Both the position numbers and the translations under genes were made by a program. From positions 1-64,000 of the forward strand of contig JAZDMS010000003.1 in the NCBI GenBank assembly GCA_043800705.1: a stretch of DNA of 64,000 nucleotides, written 5' to 3'. The notes beneath the pieces are model-generated. The model saw only the letters and a program-made list of their open reading frames with translations, made no database searches and had not been told where the DNA came from. Of the stretch, positions 1 to 9,742 are shown piece after piece. Position 1 is the first letter of the stretch. Every line of letters starts with the position of its first letter. This stretch comes from Candidatus Altiarchaeota archaeon. Lineage in GTDB: Archaea > Altiarchaeota > Altiarchaeia > IMC4 > SCGC-AAA252-I15.

Positions 1-1
1 C

Positions 2-688
2 CTGACGGAGATGGACGGGTTCGAGAAGAAGGAGGGTGTGGTGGTGTTGGCGGCGACCAATGCCCCGTGGGACATCGATCCCGCCTTGAGGCGGGCGGGG
101 CGTTTCAGCGACCAGATATTCCTGCCCCCGCCGGACCTAAAAGGAAGGCAGGACATATTCAGGATACACTCCGGGAAGCTGCCTCTCGCCACCGACGTCG
201 ACTACCCCCTACTCGCCTACCTGACGGAAGGATACAGCTCCGCAGACATAAAGCTCATCTGCGACGAAGCCGCGAAAAAACCGTGGAAGGAGGGCGTCGA
301 GACCGGTAAGAAGCGGCCGGTCACGATGCTGGACTTCGAGGAGACGATAGCGCAGAGGCCGTCTTCGCTCATCCCGTGGTTCAGGCAGGCCAGGCAGCAG
401 ATAGCCGCCAGCGGAGAGGCAGACACGTACCCGGAGCTCGTCGCGATGCTCGGTCAGTACGACGCGAAACCGCCGGCGCAGCCATCCGACAAGGGCCTCG
501 AGATCATCCAACTGGAGAAGGCGAACTATGAGGCGATGCTGGATGAGCTCAAGAAAAGATTCAGCCAAGGCGGCATGACAGAGGAGATGCTCGCGGACCT
601 GTCGAAGGAGTACCTCGGCAAGATATTCGAGGCGGACGCGAAGATAAAAGTCCACGAGAAGCGGAACGAACAGGCGAAAAGGCAGTGA
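2..688 (+). CDS. AAA+ ATPase (CDC48/Vps4-like), C-terminal part; 5' end lies outside the window
   Basis: LTEMDGF...VVVLAATNAPWDIDPALRRAGRF second region of homology, lid GYSSADIKLICDEAA, C-terminal coiled coil. Confidence 0.9.
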   Translation: MTEMDGFEKKEGVVVLAATNAPWDIDPALRRAGRFSDQIFLPPPDLKGRQDIFRIHSGKLPLATDVDYPLLAYLTEGYSSADIKLICDEAAKKPWKEGVETGKKRPVTMLDFEETIAQRPSSLIPWFRQARQQIAASGEADTYPELVAMLGQYDAKPPAQPSDKGLEIIQLEKANYEAMLDELKKRFSQGGMTEEMLADLSKEYLGKIFEADAKIKVHEKRNEQAKRQ

Positions 689-723
689 CGCCTTCGGGCA
701 TAAGCGCAGTCTTTTGTTTTTTG

Positions 724-968
724 GGCATTACCGGCAACTTTTCGAAATAGTTTGATCAAAAACTATTTTAGCTATTACCAGCAAACTTTTCCGAAGAAAA
801 GTCAGATCTAACTGATTTCCCGCGGTTGTTTAGGCATTACATGTCTGCCCCCACTGATGGTATTAGGCACCAAGGCCAAACTTTTTGGAAAAAGTTTGAT
901 CAAAAACCTCTGCAAGAAATTTTTTTAGGCATTACATATTTACCGCCATTGATACTATTAGGCACTAC
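724..968. repeat. AT-rich intergenic repeat cluster with two interleaved unit types
   Basis: Unit A: CAAACTTTTTGGAAAAAGTTTGATCAAAAAC at 877-907 with degenerate copies at 735-763 and 782-808. Unit B: TTAGGCATTACAT...TATTAGGCAC at 830-870 and 925-965. Confidence 0.75.
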
Positions 969-1090
969 ATACGGTTTTTAAGCGGGGGGATTATATCTAA
1001 AACAGAAGACGGTCACTTTCTTAACCAATCCCTTGGGAGCTGGCGGATGAAACACTCCGCCAGATCCCCCCGGGATCGGGCGATCCTACA

Positions 1091-1276
1091 ATGGGGCATT
1101 CAATACATCACAAAAGGCATATCGGCTTCGGCCCTGCGAACATACTGAGGGGCCTCATCTTCGCCGTCGCAGTCCATCTGATCACGGGATCCATTGGCTC
1201 CCCCCTCATGTTCCTCGGATTCTACCTGTTATACATCGTAGTCGGCCAGCTCCTTGGATTGGAGGTGATGGAATGA
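1091..1276 (+). CDS. small membrane protein with His-rich N-terminus
   Basis: 61-aa ORF with two hydrophobic segments; stop overlaps the next start (ATGA); GGAGGTGA RBS for the downstream gene lies within it. Confidence 0.55.
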   Translation: MGHSIHHKRHIGFGPANILRGLIFAVAVHLITGSIGSPLMFLGFYLLYIVVGQLLGLEVME

Positions 1277-1758
1277 TCACCGATTCCATAAAATCCAGAA
1301 GGAGCGTGAGGAAATACTCCCCTAAAAAGGTTCCGGGTGCCGTAGTCGACGACATACTCGACTGCGGCCGCCTCGCACCGACCGCAAGGAACGCCCAACC
1401 GTGGCGGCTTTGCGCGGTGACGAGCACAGAAACCCTAAAGTCCCTCGGCCAGCTGGCGGATCACGGTCGGTTCATCGCGGAATCCGCGGTCTGCTTCGCG
1501 GTCTTCTGCCAGAAAGACGAGAAATACTACTTGGAAGATGGATGTGCCGCCGCCATGAATATTATACACGCCTGCCATGCACACGGCCTTGGCAGCTGCT
1601 GGGTCGCAGGGGACAAAAAAGCATATGCTGAAGCCGTAGGCAAACTGCTATGCGTCCCGATCGAGTATGCCCTCGTGGCACTCGTACCGGCGGGCTTCCC
1701 GGATGAAGCTCCAGCCCCTCAAAAGAAGCCGGCATCAGGCGTCCTGTCCAGGATTTGA
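1273..1758 (+). CDS. nitroreductase family protein
   Basis: IKSRRSVRKY, LAPTARNAQPW, GLGSCWV motifs. Confidence 0.92.
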   Translation: MITDSIKSRRSVRKYSPKKVPGAVVDDILDCGRLAPTARNAQPWRLCAVTSTETLKSLGQLADHGRFIAESAVCFAVFCQKDEKYYLEDGCAAAMNIIHACHAHGLGSCWVAGDKKAYAEAVGKLLCVPIEYALVALVPAGFPDEAPAPQKKPASGVLSRI

Positions 1759-1818
1759 GCGCAAAAGCTCAATAGAAAAGTTTTTATACTCGATTGACAT
1801 AAAGTTTTCACAGATATC

Positions 1819-2145
1819 ATGCCAGCCAAGAGAAAGCAGTCGCCGAAGACAACGAAAAAGAAAGCCTTTAAGACCACACCCCCAAAGAAGCCGAAGAAGC
1901 TCTCTGCGCCGAAGGCGTCCGCCGACGATGAGGAGCCGGCGGAGAAAAAAGTCTACTCAAGCGAGGAGCAGGAGATCATAAAGCGCAGGCGCCGCTCCCT
2001 GGACGACGATGACGCGCTGGAGGACCTGCCTAAGCAGCCTAAGAAGAAGGCGGTCTCGGAAGAGGATGAGCTCTTGAACGAGCCTCGCGTAGTCGACGGC
2101 GACGAATACTTCTACGAAGAGACCCACGACGACAGATATATGTAG
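1819..2145 (+). CDS. hypothetical protein, Lys-rich N-terminus and acidic C-terminus (likely disordered)
   Basis: 108-aa ORF with host-like codon use; TTTATA box-like sequence just upstream. Confidence 0.7.
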   Translation: MPAKRKQSPKTTKKKAFKTTPPKKPKKLSAPKASADDEEPAEKKVYSSEEQEIIKRRRRSLDDDDALEDLPKQPKKKAVSEEDELLNEPRVVDGDEYFYEETHDDRYM

Positions 2146-2260
2146 TCTTCGGTCTTCAGTTTCCTGTTTACGGTCTTCGGTTTTTCGTCTTCGGAAAGAC
2201 TAAGGACTTCGGACTCAGGACTGGAAACTGAGAACTGAAAACCGTGGACTGCAGACTGGT
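2145..2260. repeat. heptamer-built palindromic element, intergenic copy
   Basis: 7 GTCTTCG-like heptamers, a GAAA spacer, then 9 GACTGAG-like heptamers, filling the whole gap between two convergent stop codons. Confidence 0.9.
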
Positions 2261-3273
2261 CACGGATGATATGGGGGGCTGTCTATGCCCTCAGCCTCGT
2301 CGTATCCGAACATCAGGTTCATGTTCTGAACCGCCTGCCCGGCCGCGCCCTTGATGAGGTTGTCGATCGCCGATACCAGGACCGCCCGCTTCTTCTCCGC
2401 GTCGTAGAACACTGAGATGTCGCAGTAGTTCGAGTGCGTCACGTTCTTCGTGTACGATTCCTCGACGACCCTGACGAACGCCTCCTTCGAGTAGAACCTC
2501 TCATAGTGCTTCCTGAGGTCGACTCCTTCAAGGTCCCCGAACACGTGCGCATTCGAAAGTATCCCCCTGATCATCGGGACGAGCGTGGGCGTGAACGAGA
2601 CGCTAATATTCGGCACAATGGCCTTGAGTACGTGCTCGATCTCGGGCTGGTGCCGGTGTCCGACGGCCTTGTAGATCCTCATGGATTCATCGGCTTCGGT
2701 GTGCATGTAGACTGTTTCGGCCTTAGTCCCTGCGCCAGAAGTCCCGGACTTGGCGTCAACGACGACCTTGGATGCGTCGATTCTGTCCTTGAATGCGCCC
2801 ATCGGCGCAAGCGACAGGATGGCTGCCGTGGTGTAACAGCCGGGATTCGCAACGAGTCGAGCCTTCCTGATCCTCTCCCTGAAAAGCTCGGGCAGCCCGT
2901 ATGCTGCCTCCTTCAGGAGTTCGGGGCTCCGGTGTTTGACGTAGTATTTCTCGTACAGCGCCTGGTCGCTGATCCTGTAGTCCGCGCTTAGGTCGACGAC
3001 CTTTATCCCCCTCTCAAGGAGCTTCGGCACGTGCTCCATGGCCTGTCCGTGGGGGACGGCGAGGAAGACGACATCGGCATCGGCTTTAGAGGAATCGAAT
3101 GGAACGAAGCGTTTATCGTATATTCCGCGCAGGTTCTGGTGGACGCCGCTGACGGGCCTGCCTTCGTGGGCCCTCGAGCTTGCCTCCACTTCGTCGACCT
3201 TTCCGTGCCTGGCGAGTATCCTGACCAGGTCACCGCCGGCATATCCTGACGCGCCGACTACTATGGCTTTCAT
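2260..3273 (-). CDS. argC: N-acetyl-gamma-glutamyl-phosphate reductase
   Basis: VGASGYAG, DLSADYR, ANPGCYTT, SGTSGAG, DNLIKGAAGQAVQNMN. Confidence 0.97.
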   Translation of the reverse strand: MKAIVVGASGYAGGDLVRILARHGKVDEVEASSRAHEGRPVSGVHQNLRGIYDKRFVPFDSSKADADVVFLAVPHGQAMEHVPKLLERGIKVVDLSADYRISDQALYEKYYVKHRSPELLKEAAYGLPELFRERIRKARLVANPGCYTTAAILSLAPMGAFKDRIDASKVVVDAKSGTSGAGTKAETVYMHTEADESMRIYKAVGHRHQPEIEHVLKAIVPNISVSFTPTLVPMIRGILSNAHVFGDLEGVDLRKHYERFYSKEAFVRVVEESYTKNVTHSNYCDISVFYDAEKKRAVLVSAIDNLIKGAAGQAVQNMNLMFGYDEAEGIDSPPYHP

Positions 3274-3274
3274 C

Positions 3275-4360
3275 TCAGAACACCTTCACCCTGTCTTCGA
3301 CCGGGGCATGAGTCGGTTTCCTCTCATCCTCATCCTGCTTGAACATGTCCACTGAGGGGTCGGAGCGCTGCAGGTACACGAGGCTGACGTATCTTAGGAA
3401 GACGCTGACCGGCAGCGTTATGACTGTCGCGACGTATTCGATCGCTATCATCACGGGGACTAGCGCCAGGACGGCGACGGCGACAAGACCGTCCGGGGCC
3501 CCTGCGGCGCCTGCGCCGACGCCAAGCAGGAATAGCAGCATGAATATGGGGATGTAGAACACGAGGCGCACTACGAACTGGACGAACCAGCCGCACATGC
3601 CCAATCCGATCCTTAGGACGAGGTACACGGCGAACTGCCAGTGGTCCGCCTTCGCAAGCGCCTTCACGCGGCCGAATCCTGCGAAAAGCCCGCAGCCGGT
3701 GGCGTACATCAGCGGGACGACAAGTTCGGTGACGAGCCACATGAGTGCAATGAAGACTATCAATCCCGCGACGAATGCGAATATTCCTATGATTCCCAGG
3801 AAGATCTTCAGAAACGTCGAAGACAGGCCGCCGACCAAGGCGATGCCGCCGAATATGGCGGCAACTACCGCTGCGATGATGAAAACGAGGAATATTACGT
3901 CCAGGCTGAACAGTTTCAGCCCGTTCTCCGCCTGGCTCACGTAGAACTTTATCAGCTTGAGGTCGCCGGTCGCAAGAGCCTTGACGAAGACGAATTGCGA
4001 GATCGAGGAAAGGTATATCAGCACCAGGGCTAACAGAACGACTGCGGCGATTATCGCCACCAGGAACGTCATATTCGCGGCAATGTCCCCGCCTGCGTCC
4101 GACGGGCTCCCGAACGGGCCGGCAGCGGCCTGAAACGGGGTGATCATCGAGCCGTAGCTTTCAGAAGAGTCCGAGTTGAAGGAATCGCCTCCTGAGGAGT
4201 CGCTGCCTCCGCCGCCTCCGCCCCCGCCTCCGCCGCCTGCGCCGATGAGCATGACGACAAGTGCGAGTTTGAGCCAGAGGCCCAGCTTGAACGGGAACAG
4301 CAGCTTCTTGGTCCTGGCGACGGCCTCGTCCAATCCCTCGACCGCATGGTATTTCGTCAT
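3275..4360 (-). CDS. multi-pass membrane protein with poly-Gly tract
   Basis: Several TM helices; WLKLALVVMLIG followed by a Gly run, a pattern seen in a widespread archaeal membrane family. Confidence 0.8.
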   Translation of the reverse strand: MTKYHAVEGLDEAVARTKKLLFPFKLGLWLKLALVVMLIGAGGGGGGGGGGGSDSSGGDSFNSDSSESYGSMITPFQAAAGPFGSPSDAGGDIAANMTFLVAIIAAVVLLALVLIYLSSISQFVFVKALATGDLKLIKFYVSQAENGLKLFSLDVIFLVFIIAAVVAAIFGGIALVGGLSSTFLKIFLGIIGIFAFVAGLIVFIALMWLVTELVVPLMYATGCGLFAGFGRVKALAKADHWQFAVYLVLRIGLGMCGWFVQFVVRLVFYIPIFMLLFLLGVGAGAAGAPDGLVAVAVLALVPVMIAIEYVATVITLPVSVFLRYVSLVYLQRSDPSVDMFKQDEDERKPTHAPVEDRVKVF

Positions 4361-5250
4361 TTTATCCTCTTGTACCGCTCCATCACCTGGTCCCAGGTGG
4401 GCATGTTAGTCTGGCAGCCCCACTCTTCGACGACGTATGAGGCAGTAGCGTTAGCTATTTTCACGCTTTCATATATATCATAGCCCCTTATATGGCCTGC
4501 GATGAATCCCGCATTGAATGCATCGCCGGCCCCGGAGGCGTCTACGACCTTCGTCGAATATGCGGGAACGTCGACTTTGGTGTGCTTTTCGTGGATCGTC
4601 GCCCCCAGGTGCCCCTTGGTGATGATGTACTTCTGGCCGACGCCGATCCTGACCTTGAAGCCCGCCTTCTGTAAGTGGTCGAGTTCGTGGTTGTTCAATA
4701 CGATGACCTCGCACTCGTCCATGACTGTCTTGAACACCCTCGGTATCTTGTCGAACTTGAAAACGCCGTAGCCGGGGTTGTAGACCTTCAGCCTGTCGCA
4801 GTACATGTCGAGCACCTTCCTCTGCATCTGCAGGTAGGTCCTGGCCATGTAGGCCGCCTTCACGTCTCTCGGGAGCTTCTTTCCGAATTCGGCGTCGGGG
4901 TCGAGGCAGTCAAGCTGCTCCGTGACGCCCTTGTAGAAGAAGCTGATCTGCTCGGATGCGCTCTTGAAGAACATGCTCTTGGTCGTGTCGCCGAAGATGC
5001 CCTTCAAAAAGAGCCTGATGCCGGCGTCGTCCATGTACCTGCGGTAATCCTCGGCGTCCGTTCCGATGACGCTCACGAGGCCGACCTTGAGGCCGAGCCT
5101 GTTGGCGACCATCGCCGTATTGGCTCCCATGCCTCCGAAGAAACGCATGCTCCGGCTCACGTCGGAGGCTTCATTCGTCTTCGGCAGCTTCTGAACCTCG
5201 TAGAACTTGTCTATCGCAGTGTCTCCGAACACAAGAAGATCGAGTCCCAT
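4357..5250 (-). CDS. PfkB/ribokinase-family carbohydrate or nucleoside kinase
   Basis: GGMGANTA and VDASGAGDAFNAGF PfkB signatures. Confidence 0.93.
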   Translation of the reverse strand: MGLDLLVFGDTAIDKFYEVQKLPKTNEASDVSRSMRFFGGMGANTAMVANRLGLKVGLVSVIGTDAEDYRRYMDDAGIRLFLKGIFGDTTKSMFFKSASEQISFFYKGVTEQLDCLDPDAEFGKKLPRDVKAAYMARTYLQMQRKVLDMYCDRLKVYNPGYGVFKFDKIPRVFKTVMDECEVIVLNNHELDHLQKAGFKVRIGVGQKYIITKGHLGATIHEKHTKVDVPAYSTKVVDASGAGDAFNAGFIAGHIRGYDIYESVKIANATASYVVEEWGCQTNMPTWDQVMERYKRIK

Positions 5251-5287
5251 CCCAACTGTTATTAATCATCCGCCGTAATTAAATAAC

Positions 5288-6826
5288 ATGGGTGTTCTGG
5301 CGTCCATAATCAAAGACAGACGGACGCCGTATGCGGCTCTGGCTGCCATTTTTGTTCTAGCCCTCTACCTGCGGACCGAGGCGTATCTCTACGCCCCTGA
5401 CCTCCCGTTCGGGATGGGCGATGCTGCATTCCACTACCAGATACAGGAAAGGATATACAACGGCAAAGACACTGATCACATACCGAACGGCCTGCTGTAC
5501 AGCGAGTTTCAGGGACGTTTCTTCTTTCCCCCCTTCTCCTACTATCTGCCTGCATACGTCGCAAAGGCTGTCGGAGACTTCCAGCATTCGGTGTATCTCG
5601 TCAACGGCCTGTTCAACTGCCTCGCGGTCCTGAGCACGTTCCTTCTCGCAATGGAACTCTTCGGCGCATACCCTGCCCTGGCGTCCGCCTTGTTCGTCGC
5701 ATTGAGCATACGTGACGTATCATCACTGCTTTGGGGCCAGTGGCCTCTGACTTACAGCCTCCCTTTCATATCACTCGCACTCTACGCCGGCTTGAAGTCA
5801 TTGAGAAGCCCGAAATACATCTATCTATTGTCGGCATCGTTGGGGCTCTGCGCATTGACGTATCCCCAGATTGCCATTTTTTCCCTGTCATCGTTCGGGG
5901 GATTCCTCCTTCTGATCCGCCCGAAGAGGATGCCCTACGCCCCTAGGCATGTCCTCATATCCGTCGCCATATTCCTGCTCCTCGTCCTCCCGCTCCTCAT
6001 GCGCTGGAGCGACCTCGAGGGGAAGGTCGCCTCGGAGGGACCATCGAAGTTGGGCCTCTTATCGACCGCGTTCTCCTGGTATCCTGTGGACTACCTCGGC
6101 ATCTATCCCCCAAAATGGTACTCCTCCACATACAATTATGGCATCTTCGGGATCGCATTGGCCCTCCTTGGCGTCGGCCTGTTATATCTCAGGCGCGAAG
6201 ACAAGACGGCCAAGGCTGCCTTGGCCCTTTTCGCGTCGATGGCTGGCTCCCTGTATCTGGCCACCCACGTCACCCAGTCCTTCATCAGCCTACCCCGGGC
6301 GCTGAAGTTCATCCCTGCAGAGACATACGCGCTGGCGATCGTCGTGGCAGCCCCCTTTTCCAAGAGACTGACGAAGGACACGAGGATTCGCACCCTGGCC
6401 TTTATCCTGCTCCTCCTGTTCGCGGCAGACAATCTCCCCACCATGGCGGGCGCGGGCGAACGCATATTCCCCGTCGGAGTCCGCATCACACCCGGGCAGA
6501 TGGAAGCCGCCGCATGGCTGAAGGAGAACACAGGCGACGAGGCTGCTGCGGTATACTACGGTTTCGACGAACCATACATCGACTGGGGAACGGTTCTCAG
6601 CGGCCGCCGGATACTGGAACCTGAGGGCGACAGGTTCTTCTTCCAGAAGACGGAGGTGCCTCTGAAGGGCGAAGTCTACGCCATCCTCGACGGCAACATA
6701 CCCCAAGCTGAAGGGTCGATACGGGCTGGATATGTCCGGCAGCTCGAGGCTGCCGACAGGCTTCTCTCCGACAGGTCGGTCATTGTCTTCTCGAACGGCG
6801 AGGTGACAATCAGACGGCTCACCTAG
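5288..6826 (+). CDS. polytopic membrane protein, probable GT-C fold glycosyltransferase
   Basis: Many TM helices, GDAAFHY and FFPPFSY loops, C-terminal MEAAAWLKENT motif typical of GT-C/PMT-like proteins. Confidence 0.65.
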   Translation: MGVLASIIKDRRTPYAALAAIFVLALYLRTEAYLYAPDLPFGMGDAAFHYQIQERIYNGKDTDHIPNGLLYSEFQGRFFFPPFSYYLPAYVAKAVGDFQHSVYLVNGLFNCLAVLSTFLLAMELFGAYPALASALFVALSIRDVSSLLWGQWPLTYSLPFISLALYAGLKSLRSPKYIYLLSASLGLCALTYPQIAIFSLSSFGGFLLLIRPKRMPYAPRHVLISVAIFLLLVLPLLMRWSDLEGKVASEGPSKLGLLSTAFSWYPVDYLGIYPPKWYSSTYNYGIFGIALALLGVGLLYLRREDKTAKAALALFASMAGSLYLATHVTQSFISLPRALKFIPAETYALAIVVAAPFSKRLTKDTRIRTLAFILLLLFAADNLPTMAGAGERIFPVGVRITPGQMEAAAWLKENTGDEAAAVYYGFDEPYIDWGTVLSGRRILEPEGDRFFFQKTEVPLKGEVYAILDGNIPQAEGSIRAGYVRQLEAADRLLSDRSVIVFSNGEVTIRRLT

Positions 6827-6861
6827 GAGATTATTATTGACCGACGCATAATCCATAAAAG

Positions 6862-7539
6862 ATGAAGTTAGTGTTCTCGATCGGCGGAAGCATCCTCGCC
6901 CCGGGCGGCGTCGACCAGACGTATGTCGCGCTGCTTTCCGCGATGCTCAAGGAGCTTTCCACGAAGCATCAGATTGCGGTCGTCGTCGGCGGCGGAAGGC
7001 CGGCGCGGCAGAAGATCGCCGAGGCAAGGGCGAAGGGGGTTTCGTGGGCCGAATGCGACCATATCGGGATCATGGCGACGCGGGAGAACGCCAGGCACCT
7101 GGTGATGGCCCTTGGCAGGGAGGCCAACAGGACAATACCCGAATCCATATACGAGGCCGCATCAATCTTCGGCAAGCGGATAGTTGTCATGGGCGGCACC
7201 GAACCGGGCCATTCGACGGACGCGGTCGCGGCGCTCATTGCGGACTGGGTCGGGGCCGACGCGTTCATCAACGCCTCGAACGTAGACGCGGTCTACGACA
7301 AGAACCCTAAAAACTTCCCGGACGCCAAGTCCCTCGAAACGGTCCGGGTCGACGACCTAATCCGGCTCCTTGACGGCGAAGGCTTCAACGCAGGCGAATA
7401 TCCCCTCCTTGATCCGACCTCGCTGAAGGTCATCAAGAGGGCCAAGATCAGGGCATTGGTCCTCGACGGAAGGGACATCGACAACATGCGGGCAGCGGCG
7501 GAAGGAAGGCCATTCAAGGGGACGACTGTCGCAGAATAA
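6862..7539 (+). CDS. pyrH: UMP kinase (archaeal type)
   Basis: SIGGS, VVVGGG, GGTEPGHSTDAVAA, NVDAVYDKNP. Confidence 0.96.
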   Translation: MKLVFSIGGSILAPGGVDQTYVALLSAMLKELSTKHQIAVVVGGGRPARQKIAEARAKGVSWAECDHIGIMATRENARHLVMALGREANRTIPESIYEAASIFGKRIVVMGGTEPGHSTDAVAALIADWVGADAFINASNVDAVYDKNPKNFPDAKSLETVRVDDLIRLLDGEGFNAGEYPLLDPTSLKVIKRAKIRALVLDGRDIDNMRAAAEGRPFKGTTVAE

Positions 7540-7577
7540 CCCGCAGTTTTAACTTCTCACGGGTATTATTTCACCTT

Positions 7578-8591
7578 ATGTACAAGAAACGATTCATCCT
7601 CTTCTTCATCAGCGTCATGCTCCTTGGCATGCTCTTCTTCAGCCTGGACTATAACGAATTCCTCCGGGAGGCCTCCAAAATCAGCCCCCAGGCGGCGGCC
7701 GGCCTCATAATCGTCCAGTTGGGCATCATGGTCCTGATGGCTCTGAAGTGGTTCGTGATCATCCGGCGGTACGGGGTTTCGTTCATGAACGTCCTGCACA
7801 CGTCGTTCATCGGCGCCATGGTGAACAACCTGACTCCGGCGAGCATACTCGGAGGCGAGACGATTAAGGCGTATGCGATAAGCAAGACTGACAAGATCAA
7901 GATGGAGACGGCGTTCGCCACGGTCTTCGTCGACATATTCATCACGCTGTTTCCGATCTTCGTCCTGACGCTCCTGGCAATCATCCTGGCCCTTTCATAT
8001 TCGTTCGACTATAGGATCACGCTGACGCTCATCGCCGTCGGTCTCTTCACGCTGGTCCTCGTATACGCATCGGTCAGCGTTCTCATGAATCGCAAGCCGT
8101 CGATGTACCTGTTCAAAGGTATTGTCAAAGCGCTGAAGAGGGTGCCGTTCCTAAGAAACCAGATAACGGGCGTCGAATCGAGGGTAGACGAGATTTTCCT
8201 CAGCTTCCACAGGAGCATCAGGGACACCATGACCGACAAATGGACGCTCTACCTCTCCATATTCGTCTCATCCTGGGTGTGGATCCTTAGCATAGTCCGC
8301 ATATACCTCCTTCTGCACGCCCTTGGCATCCCCATGAGCTTCGGCCAGGTGACCATAATCTACACGATAATGATCGCCGTGAGCATCCTGCCGATACTGC
8401 CCGGGGCGCTCGGGATTTGGGAGATCATAGGCACCGGCCTTCTCACATTCCTCGGGGTTCCGATGGCGGCCGCGGCGGCGGTCGTGGTATTCGACAGGAT
8501 CCTGTCGTACTGGCTGCCGATTTTCCTGGGATTCTTATCTAGCCTTGTCGTCGGCATCAACGTGATGAAGCTCGTTGACGAGCATGCCTAG
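7578..8591 (+). CDS. UPF0104/lysylphosphatidylglycerol synthase TM-family flippase-like protein
   Basis: NNLTPASILGGE, LPGALGIWE, DRILSYW motifs; multiple TM helices. Confidence 0.88.
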   Translation: MYKKRFILFFISVMLLGMLFFSLDYNEFLREASKISPQAAAGLIIVQLGIMVLMALKWFVIIRRYGVSFMNVLHTSFIGAMVNNLTPASILGGETIKAYAISKTDKIKMETAFATVFVDIFITLFPIFVLTLLAIILALSYSFDYRITLTLIAVGLFTLVLVYASVSVLMNRKPSMYLFKGIVKALKRVPFLRNQITGVESRVDEIFLSFHRSIRDTMTDKWTLYLSIFVSSWVWILSIVRIYLLLHALGIPMSFGQVTIIYTIMIAVSILPILPGALGIWEIIGTGLLTFLGVPMAAAAAVVVFDRILSYWLPIFLGFLSSLVVGINVMKLVDEHA

Positions 8592-9676
8592 GCCATCCCC
8601 CTATAGAGCTCTTCCAGCCTGTCCACCGTCGCCTCAACGGAGTTTCTCTTCGCCTCCTTAAGGCATCCCGCCCCGAGGCTCCTTCTGTTAGCATAGCAGT
8701 CTGCGACCCTCTCAAGAAGCTCCTTCTTGTTCCCCGGCTCATAATGATATCCTGTGACCCCGTCTTCAATCGTAGATTTCAATGCCAGTACCGGAACTGC
8801 GACGACCGGGACGCCGCATGCCATCGACTCCAATGCGACAAGGCCCTGGGCCTCGCAGAAGCTCGGGAAGACGAATGCGTCGAGGGCGCTGTAAAACTCC
8901 CTCAGCCCCTCCCTAGGGAGGAATCCCAGCATCTTCACGTTCTTCCTGCCTGCGGCCAGCCTTCTATAATAGTCCTCCGCCGGCCCGCTGCCTGCTATCA
9001 ATACCGTGCCGTCGAAGCCGTCCGCCGCGGTTATCAGGTCTTCGACGTGCTTCTCATAGCCCAGCCTGCCGCAGAAGCCGATCACTTTTTCATCAGTCAC
9101 CCCGTGTCTCTTCCTGAACCCGCATGCGTCAACCTTCTGGAAGAGGTCGAGGTCTATCCCGTTGCTCATGACCTCAACATCATTCACACCGTTGCCAAGG
9201 AGCCTGTCCCTGATTACAGGGGATGCGGTCGTCACATGGCCGTACGCGTTGAACATCCTCCTCTCCCAGAGGAGATACGCCCTCCTGTAGACTCCCTTCA
9301 GTACGCTCGACCCCGGCAGGTAATCCAGGTATTCGTCACCCGGCGTGTGGAACGTGAGCAGCTTAGGAATCTTCCATGCCCGGGCTACCCTGAGGCCTGC
9401 GACCGCCATCCCGTAGATGCCGTGCTGATGGACTATGTCCAATTTCTCAGTCCCCTTCGGGACCCTCAGCGGGAACGCGACCCTGTAGTCGGGGTAGAAC
9501 CACAGCCTGAAGGAGGGGAACGGATACTCCCTCTCATTCGGGCAGTAAGCTCCGGAGGGATAGTAAACCGAGACCTCATGCCCCCGCTCCTGAAGCTCCT
9601 TCTTCCAGGCCTCGAGCGTGTATGTGACCCCGTTGACCTGCGGGAAATACGTGTCGGTGAAGAAGCCGATGTTCAT
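8588..9676 (-). CDS. glycosyltransferase family 4 (monoglycosyl-lipid synthase-like)
   Basis: FFTDTYFPQVNGV N-terminus; EAQGLVALE (EX7E) motif. Confidence 0.92.
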   Translation of the reverse strand: MNIGFFTDTYFPQVNGVTYTLEAWKKELQERGHEVSVYYPSGAYCPNEREYPFPSFRLWFYPDYRVAFPLRVPKGTEKLDIVHQHGIYGMAVAGLRVARAWKIPKLLTFHTPGDEYLDYLPGSSVLKGVYRRAYLLWERRMFNAYGHVTTASPVIRDRLLGNGVNDVEVMSNGIDLDLFQKVDACGFRKRHGVTDEKVIGFCGRLGYEKHVEDLITAADGFDGTVLIAGSGPAEDYYRRLAAGRKNVKMLGFLPREGLREFYSALDAFVFPSFCEAQGLVALESMACGVPVVAVPVLALKSTIEDGVTGYHYEPGNKKELLERVADCYANRRSLGAGCLKEAKRNSVEATVDRLEELYRGMA

Positions 9677-9742
9677 TTGATGTTATATTGGTCCTTCGCC
9701 GCCTAAATGCCCTAGTTATTTAAGTCGTTCCTAGTATCTACC

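Noticed and set aside
724-968. CRISPR array or replication origin
   Set aside because: Repeats are of two types with irregular spacing and no unique equal-length spacers; no cas or cdc6 gene and no recognisable ORB box nearby.
4195-4243. GCC/CCT trinucleotide tract as a mobile or phase-variable repeat
   Set aside because: It simply encodes a poly-Gly linker with mixed codons.
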